Shown here piece after piece: positions 24,001-36,483 of a DNA stretch of 64,000 bases. The notes below the pieces were generated by a model. That model saw nothing but the letters and a program-made list of their open reading frames with translations. It was not told where the DNA came from and ran no database searches. The translations under genes and the position numbers were made by a program. The stretch comes from Eledone cirrhosa (Eukaryota): contig CAXHJY010000054.1 in NCBI GenBank assembly GCA_964016885.1, forward strand, positions 62,001 through 126,000. The letters are read 5' to 3'. Numbering within the stretch: position 1 is the stretch's first letter; each line of letters begins with the position of its first letter.

Positions 24001-27000
24001 TCCTAAGCTATCCTAAGCTAAGCTATCCTAAGCTATCCTAAGCTAAGCTATCCTAAGCTATCCTAAGCTAAGCTATCCTAAGCTATCCTAAGCTAAGCTA
24101 AGCTAAGCTATCCTAAGCTAAGCTAAGCTAAGTTATCCTAAGCTAAGCTAAGCTAACCTAAGCTAAGCTAAGCTAAGCTATCCTAAGCTAAGCTAAGCTA
24201 AGCTTTCCTAAGCTATCCTAAGCTAAGCTATCCTAAGCTAAGCTAAGCTAAGCTATCCTAAGCTAAGCTAAGCTATCCTAAGCTAAGCTAAGCTAAGCTA
24301 TCCTAAGCTAAGCTAAGCTAAGCTATCCTAAGCTATCCTAAGCTATCCTAAGCTAAGCTATCCTAAGCTAAGCTAAGCTAAGCTATCCTAAGCTAAGCTA
24401 AGCTAAGCTATCCTAAGCTAAGCTATCCTAAGCTATCCGAAGCTAAGCTAAGCTAAGCTATCCTAAGCTAAGCTAAGCTAAGCTATCCTAAGCTAAGCTA
24501 AGCTAAGCTATCCTAAGCTAAGCTAAGCTAAGCTATCCTAAGCTAAGCTATCCTAAGCTATCCTAAGCTAAGCTATCCTAAGCTATCCTAAGCTAAGCTA
24601 TCCTAAGCTAAGCTATCCTAAGCTATCCTAAGCTAAGCTATCCTAAGCTAAGCTAAGCTATCCTAAGCTAAGCTAAGCTAAGCTATCCTAAGCTAAGCTA
24701 AGCTATCCTAAGCTAAGCTAAGCTAAGCTATCCTAAGCTAAGCTAAGCTATCCTAAGCTAAGCTATCCTAAGCTATCCTAAGCTAAGCTATCCTAAGCTA
24801 TCCTAAGCTAAGCTATCCTAAGCTATCCTAAGCTAAGCTATCCTAAGCTATCCTAAGCTAAGCTATCCTAAGCTATCCTAAGCTAAGCTAAGCTAAGCTA
24901 TCCTAAGCTAAGCTAAGCTAAGCTATCCTAAGCTAAGCTATCCTAAGCTATCCTAAGCTATCCTAAGCTAAGCTATCCTAAGCTATCCTAAGCTAAGCTA
25001 AGCTAAGCTATCCTAAGCTAAGCTAAGCTATCCTAAGCTAAGCTATCCTAAGCTAAGCTCTCCTAAGGTAAGCTATCCTAAGCTAAGCTAAGCTATCCTA
25101 AGCTAAGCTAAGCTAAGCTAAGCTAAGCTAAGCTAAGCTAAGCTAAGCTAAGCTATCCTAAGCTAAGCTAAGCTAAGCTATCCTAAGCTAAGCTAAGCTA
25201 AGCTACCTAAGCTAAGCTAAGCTAAGCTATCCTAAGCTAAGCTAAGCTAAGCTATCCTAAGCTAAGCTAAGCTATCCTAAGCTAAGCTAAGCTAAGCTAT
25301 CCTAAGCTAAGCTAAGCTATCCTAAGCTAAGCTAAGCTAAGCTATCCTAAGCTAAGCTAAGCTAAGCTATCCTAAGCTAAGCTAAGCTAAGCTATCCTAA
25401 GCTAAGCTAAGCTATCCTAAGCTAAGCTAAGCTAAGCTATCCTAAGCTAAGCTAAGCTAAGCAATCCTAAGCTATCCTAAGCTAACCTATCCTAAGCTAA
25501 GCTAAGCTAAGCTAACCTAAGCTAAGCTATCCTAAGCTAAGCTAAGCTAAGCTATCCTAAGCTAAGCTAAGCTAAGCTATCCTAAGCTAAGCTAAGCTAT
25601 CCTAAGCTATCCTAAGCTAAGCTATCCTAAGCTATCCTAAGCTATCCTAAGCTAAGCTAAGCTATCCTAAGCTATCCTAAGCTAAGCTAAGCTATCCTAA
25701 GCTAAGCTAAGCTATCCTAAGCTAAGCTAAGCTAAGCTATCCTAAGCTAAGCTAAGCTAAGCTATCCTAAGCTAAGCTAAGCTAAGCTATCCTAAGCTAA
25801 GCTAAGCTATCCTAAGCTAAGCTAAGCTAAGCTATCCTAAGCTAAGCTAAGCTAATCTATCCTAAGCTATCCTAAGCTAAGCTATCCTAAGCTAAGCTAT
25901 CCTAAGCTATCCTAAGCTAAGCTATCCTAAGCTATCCTAAGCTAAGCTATCCTAAGCTATCCTAAGCTAAGCTATCCTAAGCTATCCTAAGCTAAGCTAA
26001 GCTATCCTAAGCTATCCTAAGCTAAGCTAAGCTATCCTAAGCTAAGCTAAGCTATCCTAAGCTAAGCTAAGCTAAGCTATCCTAAGCTAAGCTAAGCTAA
26101 GCTATCCTAAGCTAAGCTAAGCTAAGCTATCCTAAGCTAAGCTAAGCTATCCTAAGCTAAGCTAAGCTAAGCTATCCTAAGCTAAGCTAAGCTAATCTAT
26201 CCTAAGCTATCCTAAGCTAAGCTATCCTAAGCTATCCTAAGCTAAGCTAAGCTAAGCTAAGCTAAGCTATCCTAAGCTAAGCTAAGCTAAGCTATCCTAA
26301 GCCAAGCTAAGCTAAGCTAAGCTAAGCTAAGCTAAGCTATCCTAAGCTAAGCTAAGCTTAGCTAAGCTATCCTAAGCTAAGCTAAGCTAAGCTATCCTAA
26401 GCTAAGCTAAGCTAAGCTATCCTAAGCTAAGCTAAGCTAAGCTATCCTAAGCTAAGCTAAGCTAAGCTATCCTAAACTAAGCTATCCTAAGCTAATTTAT
26501 CCTAAGCTAAGCTAAGCAAAGCTATCCTAAGCTAAGCTAAGCTAAGCTAAGCTATCCTAAACTAAGCTAAGCTAAGCTATCCTAAGCTAAGCTAAGCTAA
26601 GCTATCCTAAGCTAAGCTAAGCTAAGCTTTCCTAAGCTATCCTAAGCTAAGCTATCCTAAGCTAAGCTAAGCTAAGCTATCCTAAGCTAAGCTAAGCTAC
26701 CTAAGCTAAGCTAAGCTAAGCTATCCTAAGCTAAGCTATCCTAAGCTATCCTAAGCTAAGCTATCCTAAGCTATCCTAAGCTAAGCTATCCTAAGCTAAG
26801 CTAAGCTAAGCTATCCTAAGCTAAGCTAAGCTAAGCTATCCTAAGCTAAGCTAAGCTAAGCTATCCTAAGCTAAGCTAAGCTATCCTAAGCTAAGCTAAG
26901 CTATCCTAAGCTAAGCTAAGCTAAGCTATCCTAAGCTAAGCTAAGCTAAGCTATCCTAAGCTATCCTAAGCTAAGCTATCCTAAGCTAAGCTATCCTAAG

Positions 27001-29719
27001 CTAAGCTATCCTAAGCTATCCTAAGCTAAGCTATCCTAATCTATCCTAAGCTAAGCTATCCTAAGCTATCCGAAGCTAAGCTATCCTAAGCTATCCTAAG
27101 CTAAGCTAAGCTAAGCTAAGCTAAGCTATCCTAAGCTAAGCTATCCTAAGCTAAGCTATCCTAAGCTAATCTATCCTAAGCTATCCTAAGCTAAGCTAAG
27201 CTAAGCTATCCTAAGCTAAGCTAAGCTAAGCTATCCTAAGCTAAGCTAAGTTAAGCTAAGCTATCCTAAGCTATCCTAAGCTAAGCTATCCTAAGCTAAG
27301 CTATCCTAAGCTATCCTAAGCTAAGCTATCCTAATCTATCCTAAGCTAAGCTATCCTAAGCTAATCTATCCTAAGCTATCCTAAGCTATCCTAAGCTAAG
27401 CTAAGCTAAGCTATACTAAGCTATCCTAAGCTAAGCTATCCTAAGCTAATCTATCCTAAGCTATCCTAAGCTAAGCTAAGCTAAGCTATCCTAAGCTAAG
27501 CTAAGCTATCCTAAGCTAAGCTAAGTTAAGCTAAGCTATCCTAAGCTATCCTAAGCTAAGCTATCCTAAGCTAAGCTATCCTAAGCTATCCTAAGCTAAG
27601 CTATCCTAAGCTATCCTAAGCTAAGCTATCCTAAGCTAAGCTATCCTAAGCTAAGCTATCCTAAGCTAAGCTAAGCTAAGCTATCCTAAGCTAAGCTAAG
27701 CTAAGCTATCCTAAGCTATCCTAAGCTAAGCTATCCTAAGCTAAGCTAAGCTAAGCTAAGCTATCCTAAGCTAAGCTAAGCTAAGCTATCCTAAGCTAAG
27801 CTAAGCTAAGCTATCCTAAGCTAAGCTAAGCTAAGCTAAGCTAAGCTAAGCTATCCTAAGCTAAGCTAAGCTAAGCTATCCTAAGCTAAGCTAAGCTAAG
27901 CTATCCTAAGCTAAGCTAAACTAAGCTATCCTAAGCAAAGCTAAGCTAAGCTAAGCTATCCTAAGCTAAGCTAAGCTAAGCTATCCTAAGCTAAGCTAAG
28001 CTAAGCTATCCTAAGCTAAGCTAAGCTATCCTAAGCTAAGCTAAGCTAAGCTATCCTAAGCTAAGCTAAGCTAAGCTATCCTAAGCTATCCTAAGCTAAG
28101 CTATCCTAAGCTAAGCTAAGCTAAGCTATCCTAAGCTATCCTAAGCTAAGCTATCCTAAGCTAAGCTAAGCTAAGCTATCCTAAGCTAAGCTAAGCTAAG
28201 CTATCCTAAGCTAAGCTAAGCTAAGCTAAGCTAAGCTAAGCTAAGCTATCCTAAGCTAAGCTAAGCTAAGCTATCCTAAGCTAAGCTAAGCTAAGCTATC
28301 CTAAGCTAAGCTAAGCTAAGCTAAGCTAAGCTAAGCTAAGCTATCCTAAGCTATCCTAAGCTAAGCTATCCTAAGCTAAGCTATCCTAAGCTATCCTAAG
28401 CTAAGCTATCCTAAGCTAAGCTAAGCTAAGCTATCCTAAGCTAAGCTATCCTAAGCTATCCTAAGCTAAGCTATCCTAAGCTATCCTAAGCTAAGCTATC
28501 CTAAACTATCCTAAGCTAAGCTATCCTAAGCTATCCTAAGCTAAGCTAAGCTAAGCTATCCTAAGCTAAGCTATCCTAAGCTATCCTAAGCTATCCTAAG
28601 CTAAGCTATCCTAAGCTAAGCTCTCCTAAGGTAAGCTATCCTAAGCTATCCTAAGCTAAGCTAAGCTAAGCTATCCTAAGCTAAGCTAAGCTATCCTAAG
28701 CTAAGCTAAGCTAAGCTATCCTAAGCTAAGCTAAGCTAAGCTATCCTAAGCTAAGTTAAGCTAAGCTATCCTAAGCTAAGCTAAGCTAAGCTCTCCTAAG
28801 CTAAGCTATCCTAAGCTATCCTAAGCTAAGCTAAGCTATCCTAAGCTAAGCTAAGCTAAGCTATCCTAAGCTAAGCTAAGCTATCCTAAGCTAAGCTATC
28901 CTAAGCTAAGCTAAGCTAAGCTAAGCTAAGCTATCCTAAGCTAAGCTAAGCTAAGCGATCCTAAGCTAAGCTAAGCTAAGCTATCCTAAGCTAAGCTAAA
29001 CTAAGCTATCCTAAGCTAAGCTAAGCTAAGCTATCCTAAGCTAAGTTAAGCTAAGCTATCCTAAGCTAAGCTAAGCTAAGCGATCCTAAGCTAAGCTAAG
29101 CTAAGCTATCCTAAGCTAAGCTAAGCTAAGCTATCCTAAGCTAAGCTAAGCTATCCTAAGCTAAGCTAAGCTAAGCTATCCTAAGCTAAGCTAAGCTAAG
29201 CTATCCTAAGCTAAGCTAAGCTATCCTAAGCTAAGCTAAGCTAAGCTATCCTAAGCTAAGCTAAGCTAAGCTATCCTAAGCTAAGCTATCCTAAGCTATG
29301 CTAAGCTAAGCTAAGCTAAGCTAACCTAAGCTAAGCTATCCTAAGCTAAGCTATCCTAAGCAAAGCTAAGCTAAGCTATCCTAAGCTAAGCTATCCTAAG
29401 CTAAGCTAAGCTAAGCTATCCTAAGCTAAGCTAAGCTAAGCTAAGCTAAGCTAAGCTATCCTAAGCTAAGCTAAGCTAAGCTATCCTAAGCTAAGCTAAG
29501 CTATCCTAAGCTAAGCTAAGCTAAGCTATCCTAAGCTAAGCTAAGCTAAGCTAAGCTAAGCTAAGCTAAGCTATCCTAAGCTATCCTAAGCTAAGCTATC
29601 CTAAGCTAAGCTATCCTAAGCTATCCTAAGCTAAGCTATCCTAAGCTAAGCTAAGCTAAGCTATCCTAAGCTAAGCTATCCTAAGCTAAGCTATCCTAAG
29701 CTATCCTAAGCTATCCTAA

Positions 29720-31010
29720 GCTAAGCTAAGCTAAGCTATCCTAAGCTAAGCTAAGCTATCCTAAGCTATCCTAAGCTAAGCTATCCTAAGCTATCCTAAG
29801 CTATCCTAAGCTAAGCTAAGCTATCCTAAGCTATCCTAAGCTAAGCTAAGCTATCCTAAGCTAAGCTAAGCTATCCTAAGCTAAGCTAAGCTAAGCTATC
29901 CTAAGCTAAGCTAAGCTAAGCTATCCTAAGCTAAGCTAAGCTAAGCTATCCTAAGCTAAGCTAAGCTATCCTAAGCTAAGCTAAGCTAAGCTATCCTAAG
30001 CTAAGCTAAGCTAATCTATCCTAAGCTATCCTAAGCTAAGCTATCCTAAGCTAAGCTATCCTAAGCTATCCTAAGCTAAGCTATCCTAAGCTATCCTAAG
30101 CTAAGCTATCCTAAGCTATCCTAAGCTAAGCTATCCTAAGCTATCCTAAGCTAAGCTATCCTAAGCTATCCTAAGCTAAGCTAAGCTATCCTAAGCTATC
30201 CTAAGCTAAGCTAAGCTATCCTAAGCTAAGCTAAGCTATCCTAAGCTAAGCTAAGCTAAGCTATCCTAAGCTAAGCTAAGCTAAGCTATCCTAAGCTAAG
30301 CTAAGCTAAGCTATCCTAAGCTAAGCTAAGCTATCCTAAGCTAAGCTAAGCTAAGCTATCCTAAGCTAAGCTAAGCTAATCTATCCTAAGCTATCCTAAG
30401 CTAAGCTATCCTAAGCTATCCTAAGCTAAGCTAAGCTAAGCTAAGCTAAGCTATCCTAAGCTAAGCTAAGCTAAGCTATCCTAAGCCAAGCTAAGCTAAG
30501 CTAAGCTAAGCTAAGCTAAGCTATCCTAAGCTAAGCTAAGCTTAGCTAAGCTATCCTAAGCTAAGCTAAGCTAAGCTATCCTAAGCTAAGCTAAGCTAAG
30601 CTATCCTAAGCTAAGCTAAGCTAAGCTATCCTAAGCTAAGCTAAGCTAAGCTATCCTAAACTAAGCTATCCTAAGCTAATTTATCCTAAGCTAAGCTAAG
30701 CAAAGCTATCCTAAGCTAAGCTAAGCTAAGCTAAGCTATCCTAAACTAAGCTAAGCTAAGCTATCCTAAGCTAAGCTAAGCTAAGCTATCCTAAGCTAAG
30801 CTAAGCTAAGCTTTCCTAAGCTATCCTAAGCTAAGCTATCCTAAGCTATCCTAAGCTAAGCTATCCTAATCTATCCTAAGCTAAGCTATCCTAAGCTATC
30901 CGAAGCTAAGCTATCCTAAGCTATCCTAAGCTAAGCTAAGCTAAGCTAAGCTAAGCTATCCTAAGCTAAGCTATCCTAAGCTAAGCTATCCTAAGCTAAT
31001 CTATCCTAAG
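29720..31010 (+). repeat. Direct segmental duplicate of ~25560-27180, with an internal ~354-bp deletion
   Basis: Same ordered variants (CCAAG, CTTAG, CTAAA, CTAATTTATC, CAAAG, CTAAA, CTTTC) at offset 4184, e.g. CTTAG 26357/30541 and CTAAT 26492/30676. Then CTAAT and CGAAG at offset 3830 (27036/30866, 27071/30901). Ends approximate. Confidence 0.85.
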
Positions 31011-34000
31011 CTATCCTAAGCTAAGCTAAGCTATCCTAAGCTATCCTAAGCTAAGCTATCCTAAGCTATCCTAAGCTAAGCTATCCTAAGCTATCCTAAG
31101 CTAAGCTAACCTAAGCTAAGCTATCCTAAGCTATCCTAAGCTAAGCTAAGCTAAGCTATCCTAAGCTAAGCTAAGCTAAGCTATCCTAAGCTATCCTAAG
31201 CTAAGCTATCCTAAGCTAAGCTAAGCTAAGCTATCCTAAGCTAAGCTAAGCTAAGCTATCCTAAGCTAAGCTATCCTAAGCTATCCGAAGCTAAGCTAAG
31301 CTAAGCTATCCTAAGCTAAGCTAAGCTAAGCTATCCTAAGCTAAGCTATCCTAAGCTAAGCTAAGCTAAGCTATCCTAAGCTATCCTAAGCTAAGCTATC
31401 CTAAGCTAAGCTATCCTAAGCTAAGCTATCCTAAGCTATCCTAAGCTAAGCTATCCTAAGCTAAGCTCTCCTAAGGTAAGCTATCCTAAGCTAAGCTAAG
31501 CTATCCTAAGCTAAGCTAAGCTAAGCTAAGCTAAGCTAAGCTAAGCTAAGCTAAGCTATCCTAAGCTAAGCTAAGCTAAGCTATCCTAAGCTAAGCTAAG
31601 CTAAGCTACCTAAGCTATCCTAAGCTAAGCTATCCTAAGCTATCCTAAGCTAAGCTATCCTAAGCTATCCTAAGCTAAGCTATCCTAAGCTAAGCTAAGC
31701 TATCCTAAGCTAAGCTAAGCTAAGCTATCCTAAGCTAAGCTAAGGTAAGCTATCCTAAGCTAAGCTAAGCTATCCTAAGCTAAGCTAAGCTAAGCTAAGC
31801 TAAGCTAAGCTAAGCTAAGCTAAGCTATCCTAAGCTAAGCTAAGCTAAGCTATCCTAAGCTAAGCTAAGCTAAGCTACCTAAGCTAAGCTAAGCTAAGCT
31901 ATCCTAAGCTAAGCTAAGCTAAGCTATCCTAAGCTAAGCTAAGCTAAGCTATCCTAAGCTATCCTAAGCTAAGCTAAGCTAAGCTATCCTAAGCTAAGCT
32001 ATCCTAAGCTAAGCTATCCTAAGCTATCCTAAGCTAAGCTATCCTAAGCTAAGCTCTCCTAAGGTAAGCTATCCTAAGCTAAGCTAAGCTATCCTAAGCT
32101 AAGCTAAGCTAAGCTAAGCTAAGCTAAGCTAAGCTAAGCTATCCTAAGCTAAGCTAAGCTAAGCTATCCTAAGCTAAGCTAAGCTAAGCTACCTAAGCTA
32201 AGCTAAGCTAAGCTATCCTAAGCTAAGCTAAGCTAAGCTATCCTAAGCTAAGCTAAGCTAAGCTATCCTAAGCTATCCTAAGCTAAGCTAAGCTAAGCTA
32301 TCCTAAGCTAAGCTATCCTAAGCTAAGCTATCCTAAGCTATCCTAAGCTAAGCTATCCTAAGCTAAGCTCTCCTAAGGTAAGCTATCCTAAGCTAAGCTA
32401 AGCTATCCTAAGCTAAGCTAAGCTAAGCTAAGCTAAGCTAAGCTAAGCTAAGCTAAGCTATCCTAAGCTAAGCTAAGCTAAGCTATCCTAAGCTAAGCTA
32501 AGCTAAGCTACCTAAGCTAAGCTAAGCTAAGCTAAGCTAAGCTATCCTAAGCTAAGCTAAGCTAAGCTATCCTAAGCTAAGCTAAGCTAAGCTATCCTAA
32601 GCTATCCTAAGCTATCCTAAGCTAAGCTATCCTAAGCTAAGCTAAGCTAAGCTATCCTAAGCTAAGCTAAGCTAAGCTATCCTAAGCTAAGCTATCCTAA
32701 GCTATCCGAAGCTAAGCTAAGCTAAGCTATCCTAAGCTAAGCTAAGCTAAGCTATCCTAAGCTAAGCTAAGCTAAGCTATCCTAAGCTAAGCTAAGCTAA
32801 GCTATCCTAAGCTAAGCTATCCTAAGCTATCCTAAGCTAAGCTATCCTAAGCTATCCTAAGCTAAGCTATCCTAAGCTAAGCTATCCTAAGCTATCCTAA
32901 GCTAAGCTATCCTAAGCTATCCTAAGCTAAGCTATCCTAAGCTAAGCTAAGCTATCCTAAGCTAAGCTAAGCTAAGCTATCCTAAGCTAAGCTAAGCTAA
33001 GCTATCCTAAGCTAAGCTAAGCTATCCTAAGCTAAGCTAAGCTAAGCTATCCTAAGCTAAGCTCTCCTAAGGTAAGCTATCCTAAGCTAAGCTAAGCTAT
33101 CCTAAGCTAAGCTAAGCTAAGCTAAGCTAAGCTAAGCTAAGCTAAGCTAAGCTATCCTAAGCTAAGCTAAGCTAAGCTATCCTAAGCTAAGCTAAGCTAA
33201 GCTACCTAAGCTAAGCTAAGCTAAGCTATCCTAAGCTAAGCTAAGCTAAGCTATCCTAAGCTAAGCTAAGCTAAGCTATCCTAAGCTAGCCTAAGCTATC
33301 CTAAGCTAAGCTATCCTAAGCTATCCTAAGCTAAGCTAAGCTAAGCTATCCTAAGCTAAGCTAAGCTAAGCTATCCTAAGCTAAGCTAAGCTATCCTAAG
33401 CTAAGCTAAGCTAACCTAAGCTAAGCTAAGCTAAGCTATCCTAAGCTAAGCTAAGCTAAGCTTTCCTAAGCTATCCTAAGCTAAGCTATCCTAAGCTAAG
33501 CTAAGCTAAGCTATCCTAAGCTAAGCTAAGCTATCCTAAGCTAAGCTAAGCTAAGCTATCCTAAGCTAAGCTAAGCTAAGCTATCCTAAGCTATCCTAAG
33601 CTATCCTAAGCTAAGCTATCCTAAGCTAAGCTAAGCTAAGCTATCCTAAGCTAAGCTAAGCTAAGCTATCCTAAGCTAAGCTATCCTAAGCTATCCGAAG
33701 CTAAGCTAAGCTAAGCTATCCTAAGCTAAGCTAAGCTAAGCTATCCTAAGCTAAGCTAAGCTAAGCTATCCTAAGCTAAGCTAAGCTAAGCTATCCTAAG
33801 CTATCCTAAGCTAAGCTATCCTAAGCTAAGCTAAGCTAAGCTATCCTAAGCTAAGCTAAGCTAAGCTATCCTAAGCTAAGCTATCCTAAGCTATCCGAAG
33901 CTAAGCTAAGCTAAGCTATCCTAAGCTAAGCTAAGCTAAGCTATCCTAAGCTAAGCTATCCTAAGCTATCCTAAGCTAAGCTAAGCTAAGCTATCCTAAG

Positions 34001-34199
34001 CTAAGCTAAGCTAAGCTATCCTAAGCTATCCTAAGCTAAGCTATCCTAAGCTAAGCTATCCTAAGCTAAGCTATCCTAAGCTATCCTAAGCTAAGCTATC
34101 CTAAGCTAAGCTCTCCTAAGGTAAGCTATCCTAAGCTAAGCTATCCTAAGCTAAGCTATCCTAAGCTATCCTAAGCTAAGCTAAGCTAAGCTATCCTAA

Positions 34200-36469
34200 G
34201 CTAAGCTAAGCTAAGCTATCCTAAGCTAAGCTAAGCTATCCTAAGCTAAGCTAAGCTAAGCTATCCTAAGCTAAGCTAAGCTAAGCTATCCTAAGCTATC
34301 CTAAGCTATCCTAAGCTAAGCTATCCTAAGCTATCCTAAGCTAAGCTAAGCTAAGCTATCCTAAGCTAAGCTAAGCTAAGCTATCCTAAGCTAAGCTAAG
34401 CTAAGCTATCCAAAGCTAAGCTATCCTAAGCTATCCGAAGCTAAGCTAAGCTAAGCTATCCTAAGCTAAGCTAAGCTAAGCTATCCTAAGCTAAGCTAAG
34501 CTAAGCTATCCTAAGCTAAGCTAAGCTAAGCTATCCTAAGCTAAGCTATCCTAAGCTATCCTAAGCTAAGCTATCCTAAGCTATCCTAAGCTAAGCTAAG
34601 CTATCCTATCCTAAGCTATCCTAAGCTAAGCTATCCTAAGCTATCCTAAGCTAAGCTATCCTAAGCTAAGCTAAGCTAAGCCAACCTAAGCTAAGCTATC
34701 CTAAGCTAAGCTAAGCTAAGCTATCCTAAGCTAAGCTAAGCTAAGCTATCCTAAGCTAAGCTAAGCTAAGCTATCCTAAGCTATCCTAAGCTATCCTAAG
34801 CTAAGCTATCCTAAGCTATCCGAAGCTAAGCTAAGCTAAGCTATCCTAAGCTAAGCTAAGCTAAGCTATCCTAAGCTAAGCTAAGCTAAGCTATCCTAAG
34901 CTAAGCTATCCTAAGCTATCCGAAGCTAAGCTAAGCTAAGCTATCCTAAGCTAAGCTAAGCTAAGCTATCCTAAGCTAAGCTATCCTAAGCTATCCTAAG
35001 CTAAGCTATCCTAAGCTATCCTAAGCTAAGCTATCCTAAGCTAAGCTATCCTAAGCTATCCTAAGCTAAGCTATCCTAAGCTAAGCTATCCTAAGCTATC
35101 CGAAGCTAAGCTAAGCTAAGCTATCCTAAGCTAAGCTAAGCTAAGCTATCCTAAGCTAAGCTAAGCTAAGCTATCCTAAGCTAAGCTAAGCTAAGCTATC
35201 CTAAGCTAAGCTATCCTAAGCTATCCTAAGCTAAGCTATCCTAAGCTATCCTAAGCTAAGCTATCCTAAGCTAAGCTATCCTAAGCTATCCTAAGCTAAG
35301 CTATCCTAAGCTATCCTAAGATAAGCTATCCTAAGCTAAGCTAAGCTAAGCCAACCTAAGCTAAGCTAAGCTATCCTAAGCTAAGCTAAGCTATCCTAAG
35401 CTAAGCTAAGCTAAGCTATCCTAAGCTAAGCTAAGCTAAGCTATCCTAAGCTAAGCTAAGCTATCCTAAGCTAAGCTAAGCTATACTAAGCTAAGCTAAG
35501 CTATCCTAAGCTAAGCTATCCTAAGCTATCCTAAGCTAAGCTATCCTAAGCTATCCTAAGCTAAGCTATCCTAAGCTATCCTAAGCTAAGCTATCCTAAG
35601 CTATCCTAAGCTAAGCTAAGCTAAGCTATCCTAAGCTAAGCTAAGCTAAGCTATCCTAAGCTAAGCTAAGCTAACCTAAGCTAAGCTAAGCTAAGCTATC
35701 CTAAGCTAAGCTAAGCTAAGCTTTCCTAAGCTATCCTAAGCTAAGCTATCCTAAGCTAAGCTAAGCTAAGCTATCCTAAGCTAAGCTAAGCTATCCTAAG
35801 CTAAGCTAAGCTAAGCTATCCTAAGCTAAGCTAAGCTAAGCTATCCTAAGCTATCCTAAGCTATCCTAAGCTAAGCTATCCTAAGCTAAGCTAAGCTAAG
35901 CTATCCTAAGCTAAGCTAAGCTAAGCTATCCTAAGCTAAGCTATCCTAAGCTATCCGAAGCTAAGCTAAGCTAAGCTATCCTAAGCTAAGCTAAGCTAAG
36001 CTATCCTAAGCTAAGCTAAGCTAAGCTATCCTAAGCTAAGCTAAGCTAAGCTATCCTAAGCTAAGCTATCCTAAGCTATCCTAAGCTAAGCTATCCTAAG
36101 CTATCCTAAGCTAAGCTATCCTAAGCTAAGCTATCCTAAGCTATCCTAAGCTAAGCTATCCTAAGCTATCCTAAGCTAAGCTATCCTAAGCTAAGCTAAG
36201 CTATCCTAAGCTAAGCTAAGCTAAGCTAAGCTAAGCTAAGCTATCCTAAGCTAAGCTAAGCTATCCTAAGCTAAGCTAAGCTAAGCTATCCTAAGCTAAG
36301 CTAAGCTATCCTAAGCTAAGCTATCCTAAGCTATCCTAAGCTAAGCTATCCTAAGCTATCCTAAGCTAAGCTATCCTAAGCTATCCTAAGCTAAGCTATC
36401 CTAAGCTATCCTAAGCTAAGCTAAGCTAAGCTATCCTAAGCTAAGCTAAGCTAAGCTATCCTAAGCTAT
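34200..36469 (+). repeat. Direct segmental duplicate of ~22800-24950, running up to the palindrome axis
   Basis: CTATA 23963/35481, CTAAC 24153/35671, CTTTC 24203/35721 and CGAAG 24438/35956 all lie at offset 11518. The CCAAC pair 23273, 23788 recurs at 34681, 35351. Ends approximate. Confidence 0.83.
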
Positions 36470-36483
36470 AGCTATAGCTTAGG
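36460..36483. other. Palindrome axis / strand-switch junction, CCTAAGCTATAG|CTATAGCTTAGG, centre between 36471 and 36472, no spacer
   Basis: Checked base by base: 36460-36471 is the exact reverse complement of 36472-36483. It contains (AGCTAT)2AGCT at 36464-36479, which breaks the pentamer pattern. Confidence 0.97.

Larger units (their letters stand above)
1..36469 (+). repeat. Compound pentanucleotide satellite, left arm: irregular array of CTAAG and CTATC units, [(CTAAG)n CTATC]m with n mostly 1-4
   Basis: Seen directly: nearly every 5-bp unit is CTAAG or CTATC, with sparse variants (CTAAC, CTTTC, CTCTC, CCAAG, CAAAG, CGAAG, GTAAG, CTAAT, CTAAA, 4-nt CTAC). The array is open at the window's left edge. 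Confidence 0.99.

Noticed and set aside
36460-36483. Protelomerase (TelN/ResT-type) target site or TATA box at the axis
   Set aside because: It is palindromic and contains TATA, but it derives fully from the satellite unit. I recognise no known tel site, and there is no gene or promoter context.
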